45,904 nt of DNA from Clostridia bacterium (GCA_017454465.1 JAFTCY010000130.1:1-45904), one strand, 5' to 3'; shown: positions 31,817-43,552, counted from the first letter of the stretch. Numbers and translations: made by a program. Notes: generated by a model not told the origin, from the sequence alone.

Positions 31817-33156
31817 GAACGAACAGCTTATTTGCAAAGATACTTCTGGCGGTACTGCTGATTTCTGTCACAGCATGTACCTTCACGGCAGCGGCAAGAG
31901 CAGATGAGGAACCGATCCCGATCCCGGCCGAGCCTGCCGTGGAAAAATGCCGGTCGGCCTACCTGTATAATGTGGAAAACGACAGAGTTCTCTTCAAATA
32001 CAACCCTTCGGAACAGGTATATCCCGCCTCCACCGTCAAGCTGATGACCGCGATAGTGGCATTTGAGTTTTTTGCCGATGATCTTGACGCCAAGATAACA
32101 GTGACCCGCGACATGCTGGATGAAGTGTCCGGAAACCGTATAGGTTTCTACGAGGGAGAGGTCGTAAGCGCCAGGCAGATGCTGAACTGCATGCTGGTGA
32201 ATTCAGCAAACGACGCCGCCATCATACTGGCGCACGGAGTGGCCGGGAGCACATCGGCCTTCGTAAGGATGATGAATGAAAAAGCGGCCTGGATCGGAGC
32301 CTACCAGACCACTTACACGAATCCTACCGGCCTGCATGACGATCTGATGGTAACGACCGCCGCAGACACAGCCGTCATAGCGAAATACGCCTATTCCATT
32401 CCGGGTTTCATAGAGATCACATCCACGTCCAAGTATGTAATGGATTCAACGAATGTCAGTGACTACCGCAGTATCTACAACAGGAACTGCATGATCTCAA
32501 AATACTACAACGTGAATTACTACTACCCTGACGCGATCGGCATGAACGCGGGCGCCACCACCCAGGGCGGGTATGCCATATGCGCGGCTGCCAGAAACGA
32601 CTCAATGAATCTCACATACATCGCGGTCGTCCTCGGAGCAGAAGCGGAGGGAGAGCAGTACTACAATTACATCAACGCCAGGAACATGCTTGACTGGGCT
32701 TTCAGTGCCTATACCTATACTCAGGTCCTGTCCTCCTCAAGAGTCATCTGCGAGCTGCCGGTGAACCTGTCGTCAACGCTCGATTACGTGACTCTCGTAC
32801 CGGAAAGGAGCATCACGTCCTACCTTCCGACCGACGCGGATCTCGCGGAGGATATCCAGTACAGCTTCAACACTTATACGGATTCCCTTGACGCCCCGGT
32901 GGAGGCCGGAGACGTCGTCGGGACGATAACGGTCACCTACAAGGATGAGATACTCGGATCCTGCGCCCTTGTCACCACATCGAGCATCGCCAGGAGCGAG
33001 TTCCTTAACATCCTCTCGAAAATACAGGAATTCACGAAGAGCCGTCTGTTCATAGGTACCGTTATCTCCATAGCCGTTCTGTCAATCGGATATATACTCT
33101 TCAAAGCCCGCCAGAGAGAAAAGAAACTTCGCAGGATCGGCGGAGGGAGACTGTGA
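31813..33156 (+). CDS. D-alanyl-D-alanine carboxypeptidase-like protein (peptidase S11)
   Basis: Signal peptide; PASTVKLMT (SxxK); SAND (SxN); NPTGLHD; PBP5-C-like domain; C-terminal TM. The third motif reads NAG instead of KTG. Confidence 0.85.
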   Translation: MRTNSLFAKILLAVLLISVTACTFTAAARADEEPIPIPAEPAVEKCRSAYLYNVENDRVLFKYNPSEQVYPASTVKLMTAIVAFEFFADDLDAKITVTRDMLDEVSGNRIGFYEGEVVSARQMLNCMLVNSANDAAIILAHGVAGSTSAFVRMMNEKAAWIGAYQTTYTNPTGLHDDLMVTTAADTAVIAKYAYSIPGFIEITSTSKYVMDSTNVSDYRSIYNRNCMISKYYNVNYYYPDAIGMNAGATTQGGYAICAAARNDSMNLTYIAVVLGAEAEGEQYYNYINARNMLDWAFSAYTYTQVLSSSRVICELPVNLSSTLDYVTLVPERSITSYLPTDADLAEDIQYSFNTYTDSLDAPVEAGDVVGTITVTYKDEILGSCALVTTSSIARSEFLNILSKIQEFTKSRLFIGTVISIAVLSIGYILFKARQREKKLRRIGGGRL

Positions 33157-33161
33157 CCGCC

Positions 33162-33191
33162 TTGACATGCCGGCTGGCCGTATGCTATAAT
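33162..33191 (+). promoter_or_regulatory. sigma-A promoter of the YegP-like gene
   Basis: TTGACA-18 nt-TATAAT with a TGn extension. Confidence 0.7.
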
Positions 33192-33242
33192 TTGAATCGG
33201 TAAACAGCATAACTTCATTATTATTTATATCGGAGGCACACA

Positions 33243-33611
33243 ATGGGAAAATTCGTGGTTAAACAGACAAAAAACGGCGGATACAAATTCGATCTCAAGG
33301 CCGGCAACGGTGAGGTCATTGCTACATCCGAAGTTTACACAACTGAAGCAGCCTGCCTGAAAGGCCTCAGAAGCGTGAAGGCAAACTGCGGCGCTCACAT
33401 TGAAGACCAGACAGTTGAGCCGGTGGAGGCAAAGAAGAATCCGAAATTCGAAGTATACAACGACAAAGCCGGCGAGTTCAGGTTCAGACTCAAGGCAAGA
33501 AACGGCCAGATCATCACCGTGGGTGAGAGCTACAAGACAAAGAACTCCTGCCTGAACGGTATAGCAAGCATCCAGAAGAACGCACCGGACGCTGAAATAG
33601 TTAAAGAATAA
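33243..33611 (+). CDS. YegP family (tandem DUF1508) protein
   Basis: Two repeats: F.LKA.NG.VI.TSE.Y....C..G..SV and FRLKARNGQII..GESY....C.NGI.SI. Confidence 0.9.
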   Translation: MGKFVVKQTKNGGYKFDLKAGNGEVIATSEVYTTEAACLKGLRSVKANCGAHIEDQTVEPVEAKKNPKFEVYNDKAGEFRFRLKARNGQIITVGESYKTKNSCLNGIASIQKNAPDAEIVKE

Positions 33612-33620
33612 GGAAGTTCA

Positions 33621-33667
33621 AAACAGACAAATAGGCCAGGACACATGTCCTGGCCGTTTTGTTTGTT
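33621..33667. terminator. bidirectional terminator between the YegP-like gene and rplS
   Basis: AAACAGACAAATA-GGCCAGGACA-CA-TGTCCTGGCC-GTTTTGTTTGTT. Confidence 0.8.
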
Positions 33668-33685
33668 CCTTTTACTTCACGGAAA

Positions 33686-34027
33686 TCAGATAAGTTCCTT
33701 AACTTTGGAAGCCTTACCCACTTTTCCTCTCAGGTAGTACAGTTTCGCACGGCGAACTTTACCGCGTCTGATAACGTCGACTTTTACAACGTTGGGAGAA
33801 TGGATCGGAAATACCTTTTCAACACCCACGCCATAGGAGATACGGCGAACTGTGAATGTTTCAGATATGCCGGATCCGCGGCGGCCGATAACTGTTCCTT
33901 CATAAAGCTGGATTCTCTCTCTCGAACCCTCTTTGATACGGTTGTGCACTCTTACGGTGTCACCGATCCTGAAGCTCGGAACTTCTTCCTTAAGCTGCTC
34001 TTTGGCAAAAATGTCGAGCTTGTTCAT
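33686..34027 (-). CDS. rplS: 50S ribosomal protein L19
   Basis: [36 protein letters not shown] and [12 protein letters not shown]; AAAGGAG SD. Confidence 0.97.
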   Translation of the reverse strand: MNKLDIFAKEQLKEEVPSFRIGDTVRVHNRIKEGSRERIQLYEGTVIGRRGSGISETFTVRRISYGVGVEKVFPIHSPNVVKVDVIRRGKVRRAKLYYLRGKVGKASKVKELI

Positions 34028-34055
34028 TACAATCGACTCCTTTTAAGTATTTAAA

Positions 34056-34084
34056 GCATTCGTGCAGAGCTTGCAGAGGACTGC
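34056..34084 (-). ncRNA. candidate L19 leader (autoregulatory cis-RNA)
   Basis: The 5' UTR reads GCAGUCCUCUGCAAGCUCUGCACGAAUGC, a bulged hairpin resembling Firmicutes L19 leaders, between the promoter and the SD. Confidence 0.5.
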
Positions 34085-34118
34085 TTTTCCCCCGTCCTCA
34101 TCGGACGACAGCTTATTG

Positions 34119-34147
34119 ATTCTATCACAGCCGGAGTTTTTTTGCAA
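34119..34147 (-). promoter_or_regulatory. promoter for rplS
   Basis: Minus strand TTGCAA-17 nt-TAGAAT with a TGn extension. Confidence 0.65.
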
Positions 34148-34298
34148 TACCCTTTTAAATCTTATTCTTCTGTTATCCCCGTTTTTTCAGTATAATTTAC
34201 AGAATGTTTACATTTAAATTTATTGTAAACTTATTGTTGCTTGAAAATAAATTTTAATAAAAAACTCCTTTTTTCTATTGACAAGATCATATTTTCCG

Positions 34299-34327
34299 TT
34301 GACACCCCTTTCCAAAAGTGCTAAAAT
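34299..34327 (+). promoter_or_regulatory. promoter for rpoBC
   Basis: TTGACA-17 nt-TAAAAT with a TGn extension. Confidence 0.7.
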
Positions 34328-34456
34328 TGTAAACTGATGTAAATTTGCCCTAAAATGCTTTTTGGATATTTTTCTTTGATTTTCAACGTTTCCGGGCATT
34401 TTCCGGCAGCACCTTTTCCCCGGCACAACAGATTTCAGAATGGAGTGATTAACTCA

Positions 34457-37400
34457 ATGGTCAAACCGCAACAGGTAGGCAAGAAAATAAGGATGAGCTT
34501 CTCAAAGATCAATGAGCCTCTTGAGATGCCGAGCCTGATCGAAGTGCAGAAAAAGTCCTTCAACTGGTTCCTCGAAAAGGGTCTCATGGAAGTCCTTGAA
34601 GACGTTTCCCCCATAACGGACTATTCCGGAAACCTCCTTATTGATTTTGTCGGGTATTCTCTCGACGCAAAACCGAAATACCCCGTGGAGGAATGCAAGG
34701 AACGTGACGTCAACTTTGCAGCTCCCCTGAGAGTCGACGTAAGACTCACGAACAAACTCACCGGAGAAGTCAAGCAGTCTTCCGTCTTCATGGGCGATTT
34801 TCCTCTCATGACGGAAAAAGGCACCTTCGTCATCAACGGCGCGGAAAGAGTCATCGTATCCCAGCTGGTACGTTCTCCCGGCGTGTATTTTGACAGCAGC
34901 ATAGACAAATCCGGCAAGAAGATTTTTACCTCCACTGTCATTCCCTACCGCGGCGCATGGCTCGAGTACGAGACCGACGCCAACGACGTGTTCTATGTAA
35001 GAATAGATAAGAACCGCAAGATCCCCGTCACCATCCTCATCAGAGCTCTCGGCATCCAGTCCAGAGAACAGATAGAAGAAGTTTTCGGAGATGAGGTCAA
35101 GCTGACCGTCACGATGGAAAAAGAACCCTGTGAAGCACGCGCCATCGAAAACAACACCTCCATCAGGGATGAGGCACTGAAAGAGATCTATTCAAAGCTC
35201 CGTCCGGGCGAGCCTCCGATCGTCGAATCGGCTGAAATGCTCATGAACGGTCTTTTCTTCGACCCGAAAAGATACGACCTGTACCCCGTCGGAAGATATA
35301 AATATGACAAGAAGCTTGCGCTTGGGCTGAGGATCGCGGGATACGAACTTACCCGCGACGTGGTAAACACAAGGACAGGCGAAGTGCTTTTCGAGACCGG
35401 GCACGTCCTCTCCAAAGACGAAGCCATGGATGTGGAAAACGCCGGCATCACCGAGGTCTACCTCAAATCCGCCGGTGGCCACGAAGTGAAAGTCTTTTCC
35501 AACGGGGCTGTAGATCCGGTATATATCCTCGGTTATGACCTCAAGGACTCCGGCGTCTCAGAAAAATGCCGTCTTGATGTCCTTGAAGAGATCATCGAGG
35601 CCGCCGAAGGCGACGAAGACGAGATTAGAAGACTGGCAAAGGAACGCATCGCAGACCTGTGCCCGAAGCACATCACCCGCGAAGACATCCTTTCGTCCAT
35701 CAACTATCTTCTTGCCCTTTCCCATGACATCGGTTCAACAGACGATATTGACCATCTGGGCAACCGCCGCCTGAGATCTGTAGGCGAGCTCCTCCAGAAC
35801 CAGCTCAGGATCGGGCTGGCAAGAATGGACAAGATAGTCAAGGAAAGAATGAACATCCAGGACAGCGAATCCCTGTCTCCGCAGACGCTCATCAACATAC
35901 GTCCCGTGGTCACAGCCATCAGGGAATTCTTCGGAAGCTCCCCTCTGTCCCAGTTCATGGACCAGAACAACCCTCTGGCCGAACTCACCCACAAGAGACG
36001 TCTGTCCGCTCTCGGCCCCGGAGGCCTTTCACGTGACAGAGCGTCCTTCGAAGTCCGTGACGTTCACTACACCCATTACGGAAGAATGTGCCCGATCGAG
36101 ACCCCTGAAGGTCCCAACATCGGTCTTATATCATACCTTGCGACATACGCAAGGATCTCAAAATACGGATTCATCGAGACACCGTACAGGCGCGTGGACC
36201 ATCAGGTACAGGAAGACGGTTCGGTACGCCACGTGGTCACCGATGATATCAAGTACATGACCGCTGACGAGGAAGACAAATATGTCATCGCCCAGGCAAA
36301 CGAGCCCCTGACTGAGGACATGTGCTTCAAGAACGCCAAGGTCACCGCCCGCGACAAGGCTGAAATCATTGCCATAGACCCCAAATTCGTCGACTGGATG
36401 GACGTTTCCCCGAAGATGGTGGTATCCGTAGCCACAGCTATGATCCCCTTCCTCGAGAACGATGACAACTCACGTGCCCTCATGGGATCCAACATGCAGA
36501 AGCAGGCCGTGCCTCTGATGGTCACCGACTCTCCCATAGTGGGGACCGGTATGGAGCATAAGGCAGCCATCGACTCCGGCGTGGTCGTGGTAGCAAAGAA
36601 CTCAGGCTGGGTCGAAAACGTTTCGGCAGACGAGATAGTCATTTCCAGAGATGACAACGGGCAGAAAGAAGTTTACACTCTCATCAAGTTCAAACGCTCC
36701 AACCAGGGCACCTGCGTGAACCAGAGACCCATCGTGTCTCAGGGAGACCACGTGGAAGCCGGCGAGATAATCGCTGACGGTCCCGCGACCTCAGAAGGCG
36801 AGATCGCGCTGGGCAAGAACGCGCTTATCGGCTTCATGACCTGGGAAGGCTACAACTACGAGGACGCTGTCCTCCTTAATGAAAAACTGGTACGTGACGA
36901 CATATATACTTCCATCCACATAGAGGAATACTCACACGAAGCCAGAGACACGAAACTCGGTCCCGAAGAGATCACACGCGAGATACCCAACGTAGGCGAA
37001 GACGCTCTCAAGGATCTTACCGTTGAAGGCATCATAAAGATCGGCTCCGAAGTCCGTGCGGGCGATATCCTGGTCGGAAAGGTAACTCCCAAAGGAGAGA
37101 CCGAGCTCACCGCTGAGGAAAGACTGCTCAGGGCGATTTTCGGCGAAAAGGCAAGAGAAGTCAGGGACACGTCTCTCAGAGTTCCCCACGGAGAAAGCGG
37201 CATCATCGTGGATGTCAAGGTCTTCTCCAGAGAGAACGGGGACGAGCTTCCTCCGGGAGTCAATAAGGTCGTCAGAGTCTATATCGCTCAGAAGAGAAAA
37301 ATCTCCGTGGGCGACAAGATGGCCGGCCGCCACGGCAACAAGGGTGTTGTTTCGAGGATACTTCCTCCTGAAGACATGCCTTTCCTGCCGGACGGCACTC

Positions 37401-38401
37401 CTCTGGATATAGTACTTAACCCGCTGGGCGTTCCTTCCCGTATGAATATAGGTCAGGTGCTTGAAGTGCACCTGGGCATCGCGGCGAAGAAGCTGGGCTG
37501 GAAAGTAATGACCCCTGTATTTGACGGCGCCACCGAGGCGGATATTTCCGAATGCCTCAAAATGGCAGGCATATGGAGAGATGTGATGCCCGGCGAGAAT
37601 ACCAAGGGCAAGAACATTTTCGAAGAAGTTATCCGTGAAGACGGCAAGGCCGACCTCGTGAACCTCACGCCTGAGCAGAGAGACGATCCGGAATATCTGG
37701 AAGAGCTCAGAAAGCAGGGCAAGCTCAAGATCGTGGACGGCAAGACCATTCTTTACGACGGACGGACCGGTGTGCCTTTTGACAACCCGGTGACAGTCGG
37801 TATCATGTACTATCTGAAGCTGCACCACCTGGTAGACGACAAGATCCACGCACGTTCCACAGGTCCCTACTCCCTGGTCACACAGCAGCCTCTGGGCGGC
37901 AAAGCCCAGTTCGGCGGCCAGAGATTCGGAGAGATGGAGGTTTGGGCTCTTGAAGCATACGGCGCAGCATACACGCTCCAGGAAATACTTACGGTCAAGT
38001 CAGATGATACGATCGGAAGAGTAAAAGCGTACGAAGCCATCGTTAAAGGCCAGAACATCCCGACTCCGGGCATTCCCGAGGCGTTCAAGGTGCTCGTCAA
38101 AGAGCTTCAGGCCCTCGGACTGGACATCAGGATCCTGGACAAAGACAACAACAGTCTGCCCATCGAAGGACTGGGCGACGATTCAGCCGAGCCGCCGCAT
38201 CATCACCGCCATGACGAAAGGATCACCGCTGATGACGTGGGCGAAACGGTCCAGGATGACAACATCCTCGACTCCTATGTGCTGGAGCCTGAAGACCAGG
38301 AAGATGAGTTCGCGGATGAATTTGACGAACTGGACGAATTCGAAGGTCCGGATGACGCGGAGCTCTTTGCCGCAGAAGCCGAATCCGAACTGGATGACTG
38401 A
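34457..38401 (+). CDS. rpoB: RNA polymerase beta subunit
   Basis: [54 protein letters not shown] and [18 protein letters not shown]; GGAG SD before ATG 34457. Confidence 0.99.
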   Translation: MVKPQQVGKKIRMSFSKINEPLEMPSLIEVQKKSFNWFLEKGLMEVLEDVSPITDYSGNLLIDFVGYSLDAKPKYPVEECKERDVNFAAPLRVDVRLTNKLTGEVKQSSVFMGDFPLMTEKGTFVINGAERVIVSQLVRSPGVYFDSSIDKSGKKIFTSTVIPYRGAWLEYETDANDVFYVRIDKNRKIPVTILIRALGIQSREQIEEVFGDEVKLTVTMEKEPCEARAIENNTSIRDEALKEIYSKLRPGEPPIVESAEMLMNGLFFDPKRYDLYPVGRYKYDKKLALGLRIAGYELTRDVVNTRTGEVLFETGHVLSKDEAMDVENAGITEVYLKSAGGHEVKVFSNGAVDPVYILGYDLKDSGVSEKCRLDVLEEIIEAAEGDEDEIRRLAKERIADLCPKHITREDILSSINYLLALSHDIGSTDDIDHLGNRRLRSVGELLQNQLRIGLARMDKIVKERMNIQDSESLSPQTLINIRPVVTAIREFFGSSPLSQFMDQNNPLAELTHKRRLSALGPGGLSRDRASFEVRDVHYTHYGRMCPIETPEGPNIGLISYLATYARISKYGFIETPYRRVDHQVQEDGSVRHVVTDDIKYMTADEEDKYVIAQANEPLTEDMCFKNAKVTARDKAEIIAIDPKFVDWMDVSPKMVVSVATAMIPFLENDDNSRALMGSNMQKQAVPLMVTDSPIVGTGMEHKAAIDSGVVVVAKNSGWVENVSADEIVISRDDNGQKEVYTLIKFKRSNQGTCVNQRPIVSQGDHVEAGEIIADGPATSEGEIALGKNALIGFMTWEGYNYEDAVLLNEKLVRDDIYTSIHIEEYSHEARDTKLGPEEITREIPNVGEDALKDLTVEGIIKIGSEVRAGDILVGKVTPKGETELTAEERLLRAIFGEKAREVRDTSLRVPHGESGIIVDVKVFSRENGDELPPGVNKVVRVYIAQKRKISVGDKMAGRHGNKGVVSRILPPEDMPFLPDGTPLDIVLNPLGVPSRMNIGQVLEVHLGIAAKKLGWKVMTPVFDGATEADISECLKMAGIWRDVMPGENTKGKNIFEEVIREDGKADLVNLTPEQRDDPEYLEELRKQGKLKIVDGKTILYDGRTGVPFDNPVTVGIMYYLKLHHLVDDKIHARSTGPYSLVTQQPLGGKAQFGGQRFGEMEVWALEAYGAAYTLQEILTVKSDDTIGRVKAYEAIVKGQNIPTPGIPEAFKVLVKELQALGLDIRILDKDNNSLPIEGLGDDSAEPPHHHRHDERITADDVGETVQDDNILDSYVLEPEDQEDEFADEFDELDEFEGPDDAELFAAEAESELDD

Positions 38402-38445
38402 ACCCGGTAATGCCGATATATATATAAAAGAAGGTATAACAGCAG

Positions 38446-41400
38446 ATGGAACGCAATGCTTTTGAATCTATAAAAATAGGACTGGCGTCTCCTGAAATGA
38501 TCAGAGACTGGTCATACGGCGAAGTCAAAAAGCCCGAGACCATCAACTACAGAACATTGAAGGCTGAACGCGACGGTCTTTACTGCGAAAGAATCTTTGG
38601 GCCCACGGTAGACTGGGAATGCCTCTGCGGAAAGTACAAGCGCAGCAAGCATAAGGGAAAGATCTGCGAAAAGTGCGGAGTTGAAGTGACCCAGAAAAAG
38701 GTCCGCCGCGAAAGAATGGGCCACATCGAGCTCGCGGCCCCTGTTTCCCATATCTGGTATTTCCGCGCTATCCCTTCGAGGATGGGAACACTGATAGACA
38801 TTTCCCCGAAGGTACTTGAAAAAGTCCTGTATTTCGCATCATATATCGTTATCGATCCAGGTGTAACGCCTCTTCAGAAATGCCAGGTCCTCTCGGAAAA
38901 GGAATACCGCGAAAACCGCGAAGCCTGGGGAGACGACTTCAGAGTCGGAATGGGCGCTCTGGCGATCAAGGAACTTCTGGCTGAACTGGATATCGAAAAG
39001 CTCTCCCAGGAACTGAAGGAAGAACTGGAAAAATCAAGCGGCCAGAAAAAAGTTAAACTGATCAAACGGCTCGAGGTAGTGGAATCCTTCCGCAAATCCG
39101 GAAACCGTCCCGAGTGGATGATCCTGGATGTCATCCCGGTGATACCGCCGGACATCCGTCCCATGGTCGCTCTTGATGGCGGACGTTTCGCCACATCCGA
39201 CCTAAACGACCTGTACAGAAGAGTGCTGAACCGCAACAACAGGCTGAAGAGACTTCTGGAACTGAAAGCTCCGGAAATAATCATCCGCAACGAAAAGCGC
39301 ATGCTTCAGGAAGCGGTCGATGCTCTCATCGACAACGGCAGAAGAGGCAAGCCCGTAACGGGACCTTCAAACAGGCCTCTCAAGTCCCTGTCTGAAATGC
39401 TCCGCGGCAAGCAGGGACGGTTCCGTCAGAACCTGCTGGGCAAACGTGTTGACTATTCAGGCCGTTCCGTTATCGTCGTCGGACCGGACCTTAAGATCTA
39501 CCAGTGCGGTCTTCCGAAGGAAATGGCACTCGAACTTTTCAAGCCATTCGTAATGAAGAGACTGGTCGAGACCGGAAAAGCCACAAACATTAAAGACGCA
39601 AAGAAAAAAGTCGAGAAAGTCAATCCCGACGTGTGGGATGCTCTTGAAAATGTTATCAAATCCCATCCCGTGCTCCTTAACCGTGCTCCTACCCTGCACA
39701 GGCTGTCTATTCAGGCATTTGAACCGGTGCTCGTGGAAGGCAAGGCGATCAAACTTCATCCTCTGGTATGTAAGGCGTTCAACGCGGACTTCGACGGCGA
39801 CCAGATGCCGGTCCACGTTCCTCTTTCAGCCGAGGCTCAGGCAGAAGCAAGATTCCTCATGCTCTCTGCCAACAACCTGCTCAAACCTGTTGACGGACGC
39901 GCCATCGCAGTTCCTTCACAGGACATGGTCCTCGGTTCCTTCTATCTTACTCTGGACAAGCCCGGCGAGCCCGGTGACACCGGAGATCCTGATCATCCGA
40001 AGCAGTACCGCGATTTCAATGAAGCGATGATGGCCTATGAGAACGGATATCTCGGACTTCACGCTCCCATCGAGGTCAGGATGACGAAGGTCATAGACGG
40101 TGTCGAGAAGACAGGCCTCGTCAGAGGAACTCTCGGAAGATTCATCTTCAACCGCCCGATCCCCCAGGATCTGGGATATGTTGACCGCTCCATTCCCGGG
40201 AACGAGTTCAAACTCGAAGTGGATTTTCTGACAAGTTCAGGCAAACTCAGCGATATAGTCGACAGGTGTATCCGCAACCACGGATTCTCCACCACAGCCG
40301 CAGTGCTTGACGAGATCAAGTCCATGGGCTACAAGTATTCGACCAGGGGCTCCATTTCAATATCCGTCGCGGATATGACCATTCCTCCGGAAAAGTACGA
40401 ACTTGTCGCTGAAGCTGAAAAGAACGTCGACAAGATCTCCAAAAGGTTCATGCGCGGCGAACTCAGCGAGGACGAGCGCTACAAAGCGGTCATCGAGCTG
40501 TGGAACAAGACTACGGATGATGTTGTCGCCGCTCTTCAGAAAAACTTTGACAGATACAACCCGATCAAGATGATGTCTGACTCCGGAGCCCGTGGTTCCA
40601 TGACACAGATGCGTCAGCTGGCCGGAATGCGCGGACTTATGTTCGCCACCACAGGCCGTACGATCGAGATCCCGATCAAGTCCAACTTCCGTGAAGGTCT
40701 TTCGATACTGGAATACTTCATGGCAGCAAAAGGCGCAAGAAAATCCCTGTCAGATACCGCTCTTAAGACAGCTGACTCTGGATATCTGACAAGACGTCTG
40801 GTTGACGTTGCGCAGGATGTTATCATCAGGGAAGAAGACTGCGGATCGACACACGGTATCTGGGTATCCGCCATCAACGTCGACAACACTGTAGTCGAGC
40901 CTCTGAAGGACCGCCTTATCGGCAGATTCGTCATAGGGGATGTCACCAACCCCGAGACCGGCGAAGTCATCGTCGAAGACAACACTGTCATCACTGAGGC
41001 GAAGGCAAAAGCCATAATCGCCGCCGGAATAGAAAAAGTATATATCAGGACCGTGCTTCAGTGCAATTCCAGAAACGGAGTATGTGCTCACTGCTACGGT
41101 CACGACCTGGCAAATGACAAACCGGTCAATGTGGGCGAATCCGTTGGTATCATCGCGGCCCAGTCCATAGGCGAACCGGGTACACAGCTCACCATGCGTA
41201 CGTTCCATACCGGCGGTGTCGCGACAGCTAACATCACCCAGGGTCTTCCGAGAGTCGAAGAGCTCTTCGAAGCCAGAAAGCCCAAGAAGACGGCTATGGT
41301 AGCGGAAACCGCGGGTGTCTGCAGGATCGAGCTCGTCAAGAAGACCCACAACATCACCATTACTCCCGACGACGGTTCTGCCGAGATCGTATACCAGGTT

Positions 41401-42141
41401 CCCTTCGGCACCAATATTGTCATTGAAGACGGCCAGCACGTAAACCCGGGCGTCTCTCTCACAGAAGGAGACAAGAACCCTGCTGACATTCTCAGGATCA
41501 ACGGAATCGATGCGGTCTACGACTACATCCTCCTTGAAGTCCAGAAAGTATACCGCAGCCAGGGTATCAATATCAATGACAAGCACATTGAAGTCATTGC
41601 CCGCCAGATGACACGTAAAGTCAAGGTCACGGATGAAGGCGACACCACCCTTCTTTCGGGATCTCAGGTCAACGTCAGCGAATTCATGGCTGAAAACGAG
41701 GCGATCGAGGAAAGGCGCCGCAACGGGGAGATCGATCTCCGTCCCGCGGAAAGCGAGCCTGTGCTTCTGGGTATCACCAAAGCATCACTGCTCACCGAAT
41801 CCTTCCTTTCCGCCGCATCGTTCCAGGAGACAACAAAGGTCCTCACCGAAGCCGCTATCAAAGGCAAGGTCGACCACCTTATGGCTCTTAAGGAGAATGT
41901 GCTGATAGGGCGTCTGATCCCTGCCGGAACCGGAATGGACAGGTACAGCAACATCTCTGTCGAAAGGACTTCCCCTGTGATCATCAGAAACAGCTCTGAT
42001 GACCTCTACGACGGAATGGACGAGGATGAGATAGAAGAGGCTAAAAAGATAATCCAGAACCTGGATGACGCAGAAGAGGAAGATGATTTTGAAGACGACC
42101 AGGAATTCGAAGACGAAGACCTGGCGGACGACGAAGAATAA
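38446..42141 (+). CDS. rpoC: RNA polymerase beta' subunit
   Basis: [16 protein letters not shown], Zn fingers, catalytic NADFDGD and [16 protein letters not shown]. Confidence 0.99.
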   Translation: MERNAFESIKIGLASPEMIRDWSYGEVKKPETINYRTLKAERDGLYCERIFGPTVDWECLCGKYKRSKHKGKICEKCGVEVTQKKVRRERMGHIELAAPVSHIWYFRAIPSRMGTLIDISPKVLEKVLYFASYIVIDPGVTPLQKCQVLSEKEYRENREAWGDDFRVGMGALAIKELLAELDIEKLSQELKEELEKSSGQKKVKLIKRLEVVESFRKSGNRPEWMILDVIPVIPPDIRPMVALDGGRFATSDLNDLYRRVLNRNNRLKRLLELKAPEIIIRNEKRMLQEAVDALIDNGRRGKPVTGPSNRPLKSLSEMLRGKQGRFRQNLLGKRVDYSGRSVIVVGPDLKIYQCGLPKEMALELFKPFVMKRLVETGKATNIKDAKKKVEKVNPDVWDALENVIKSHPVLLNRAPTLHRLSIQAFEPVLVEGKAIKLHPLVCKAFNADFDGDQMPVHVPLSAEAQAEARFLMLSANNLLKPVDGRAIAVPSQDMVLGSFYLTLDKPGEPGDTGDPDHPKQYRDFNEAMMAYENGYLGLHAPIEVRMTKVIDGVEKTGLVRGTLGRFIFNRPIPQDLGYVDRSIPGNEFKLEVDFLTSSGKLSDIVDRCIRNHGFSTTAAVLDEIKSMGYKYSTRGSISISVADMTIPPEKYELVAEAEKNVDKISKRFMRGELSEDERYKAVIELWNKTTDDVVAALQKNFDRYNPIKMMSDSGARGSMTQMRQLAGMRGLMFATTGRTIEIPIKSNFREGLSILEYFMAAKGARKSLSDTALKTADSGYLTRRLVDVAQDVIIREEDCGSTHGIWVSAINVDNTVVEPLKDRLIGRFVIGDVTNPETGEVIVEDNTVITEAKAKAIIAAGIEKVYIRTVLQCNSRNGVCAHCYGHDLANDKPVNVGESVGIIAAQSIGEPGTQLTMRTFHTGGVATANITQGLPRVEELFEARKPKKTAMVAETAGVCRIELVKKTHNITITPDDGSAEIVYQVPFGTNIVIEDGQHVNPGVSLTEGDKNPADILRINGIDAVYDYILLEVQKVYRSQGININDKHIEVIARQMTRKVKVTDEGDTTLLSGSQVNVSEFMAENEAIEERRRNGEIDLRPAESEPVLLGITKASLLTESFLSAASFQETTKVLTEAAIKGKVDHLMALKENVLIGRLIPAGTGMDRYSNISVERTSPVIIRNSSDDLYDGMDEDEIEEAKKIIQNLDDAEEEDDFEDDQEFEDEDLADDEE

Positions 42142-42326
42142 CGCGCCTGAAAGAGTTCAGACCATCCCGGCAAGACATTAAATGAAAGCAAGGCTCCCGC
42201 TATGTGAGGCTCTGGTGCCCCGCCCGGCGGGAGTCGTTATTTTGCACACAGTTATGCGGCTGCCTCAGGTTCGCAAAGTACGGTTTGCAACATTGTTTCA
42301 TAATGCTTTCATTAGATAAATATATG

Positions 42327-42355
42327 TTGACAACGCTGGAAATTGATGGTATAAT
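42327..42355 (+). promoter_or_regulatory. promoter of the str operon
   Basis: TTGACA-17 nt-TATAAT with a TGn extension. Confidence 0.8.
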
Positions 42356-42468
42356 TCACAATACGCAATTATGCGTCCTTTTGTTGCGCTCATCTTTATT
42401 TTTGGTACGAACGGGCACCTGCCCGTCTGTATATATAAACATTTATTACTAAAGAAAAGGAGGATGAC

Positions 42469-42882
42469 ATGCCAACCTTTAACCAGCTCGTAAAGCAGGG
42501 TAGACAGGACAAGACTTACAAGTCAAAGGCGCCGGTTCTGCAGCAGGGTTTCAATACCATCAAGAACCGTCCGACCGATCAGAGCTCCCCGCAGAAGCGC
42601 GGTGTTTGCACAAAGGTTACCACGATGGGCCCGAAGAAGCCTAACTCTGCTATGCGTAAGATCGCCAGAGTGAGACTGACAAACGGAATGGAAGCTACAG
42701 TCTACATTCCCGGTATGGGTCACAACCTTCAGGAACACTCTGTTGTTCTGATCCGTGGCGGCCGTGTACGTGATCTGCCTGGTGTGCGTTACCACATCAT
42801 TCGCGGAACACTTGATGCACAGGGTGTTGCAAACCGTAAACAGGCCCGTTCAAAATACGGTGCAAAACGTCCGAAGAAATAA
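42469..42882 (+). CDS. rpsL: 30S ribosomal protein S12
   Basis: [30 protein letters not shown] and DLPGVRYH. Confidence 0.99.
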   Translation: MPTFNQLVKQGRQDKTYKSKAPVLQQGFNTIKNRPTDQSSPQKRGVCTKVTTMGPKKPNSAMRKIARVRLTNGMEATVYIPGMGHNLQEHSVVLIRGGRVRDLPGVRYHIIRGTLDAQGVANRKQARSKYGAKRPKK

Positions 42883-43020
42883 GACGTAATTTTACTTTTC
42901 ACAGAAACGTTTGTGTGATCCCCATATAAGTAATAGATGTTTATATGACCGGAAACACGAGCGGAAGTTAAACTTTCGAGTACCTGTGAATTCATATTTT
43001 TAATGAAGGAGGGAAGTACA

Positions 43021-43491
43021 GTGTCAAGAAGAGGTCAAATCTCAAAGAGAGACGTTCTGCCGGATCCGCTTTACAACTCAAAGTTAGTAACAAAGCTGAT
43101 CAACAACATTATGTACGACGGCAAAAAGGGCGTAGCACAGAAAATTGTGTACGACGCGTTTGCCATCGTTGAGACAAAGCTCGGCCAGAACGCGCTTGAA
43201 GTATTCCAGGAAGCTCTTGAGAACGTAATGCCCGTTCTCGAAGTTAAAGCTCGCCGTGTAGGCGGCTCAAACTATCAGGTTCCTATGGAAGTAAGACCTG
43301 AACGCCGTCAGACTCTCGGTCTGCGCTGGATGGTGACATATGCACGCTCAAGAGGCGAGCATACGATGTCTGAACGTCTTGCTGCCGAGATCATGGATGC
43401 AAAGAACAGCACAGGCGGTGCTTTCAAGAAAAAAGAAGACACACACAGAATGGCAGAAGCCAACAAGGCTTTCGCGCATTTCAGATATTAA
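43021..43491 (+). CDS. rpsG: 30S ribosomal protein S7
   Basis: AAGGAGGG SD then GTG 43021; [11 protein letters not shown] and [14 protein letters not shown]. Confidence 0.98.
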   Translation: MSRRGQISKRDVLPDPLYNSKLVTKLINNIMYDGKKGVAQKIVYDAFAIVETKLGQNALEVFQEALENVMPVLEVKARRVGGSNYQVPMEVRPERRQTLGLRWMVTYARSRGEHTMSERLAAEIMDAKNSTGGAFKKKEDTHRMAEANKAFAHFRY

Positions 43492-43552
43492 TAGCATAAT
43501 AAACCCCGCCGCGTCCTGAACGGAGCGGCAAAAGTAGGAGATATCGTAATAT

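Noticed and set aside
42204-42452. 82-aa ORF where an L7Ae-like gene often precedes rpsL
   Set aside because: No L7Ae similarity and no SD; it spans the str promoter, so it is treated as intergenic.
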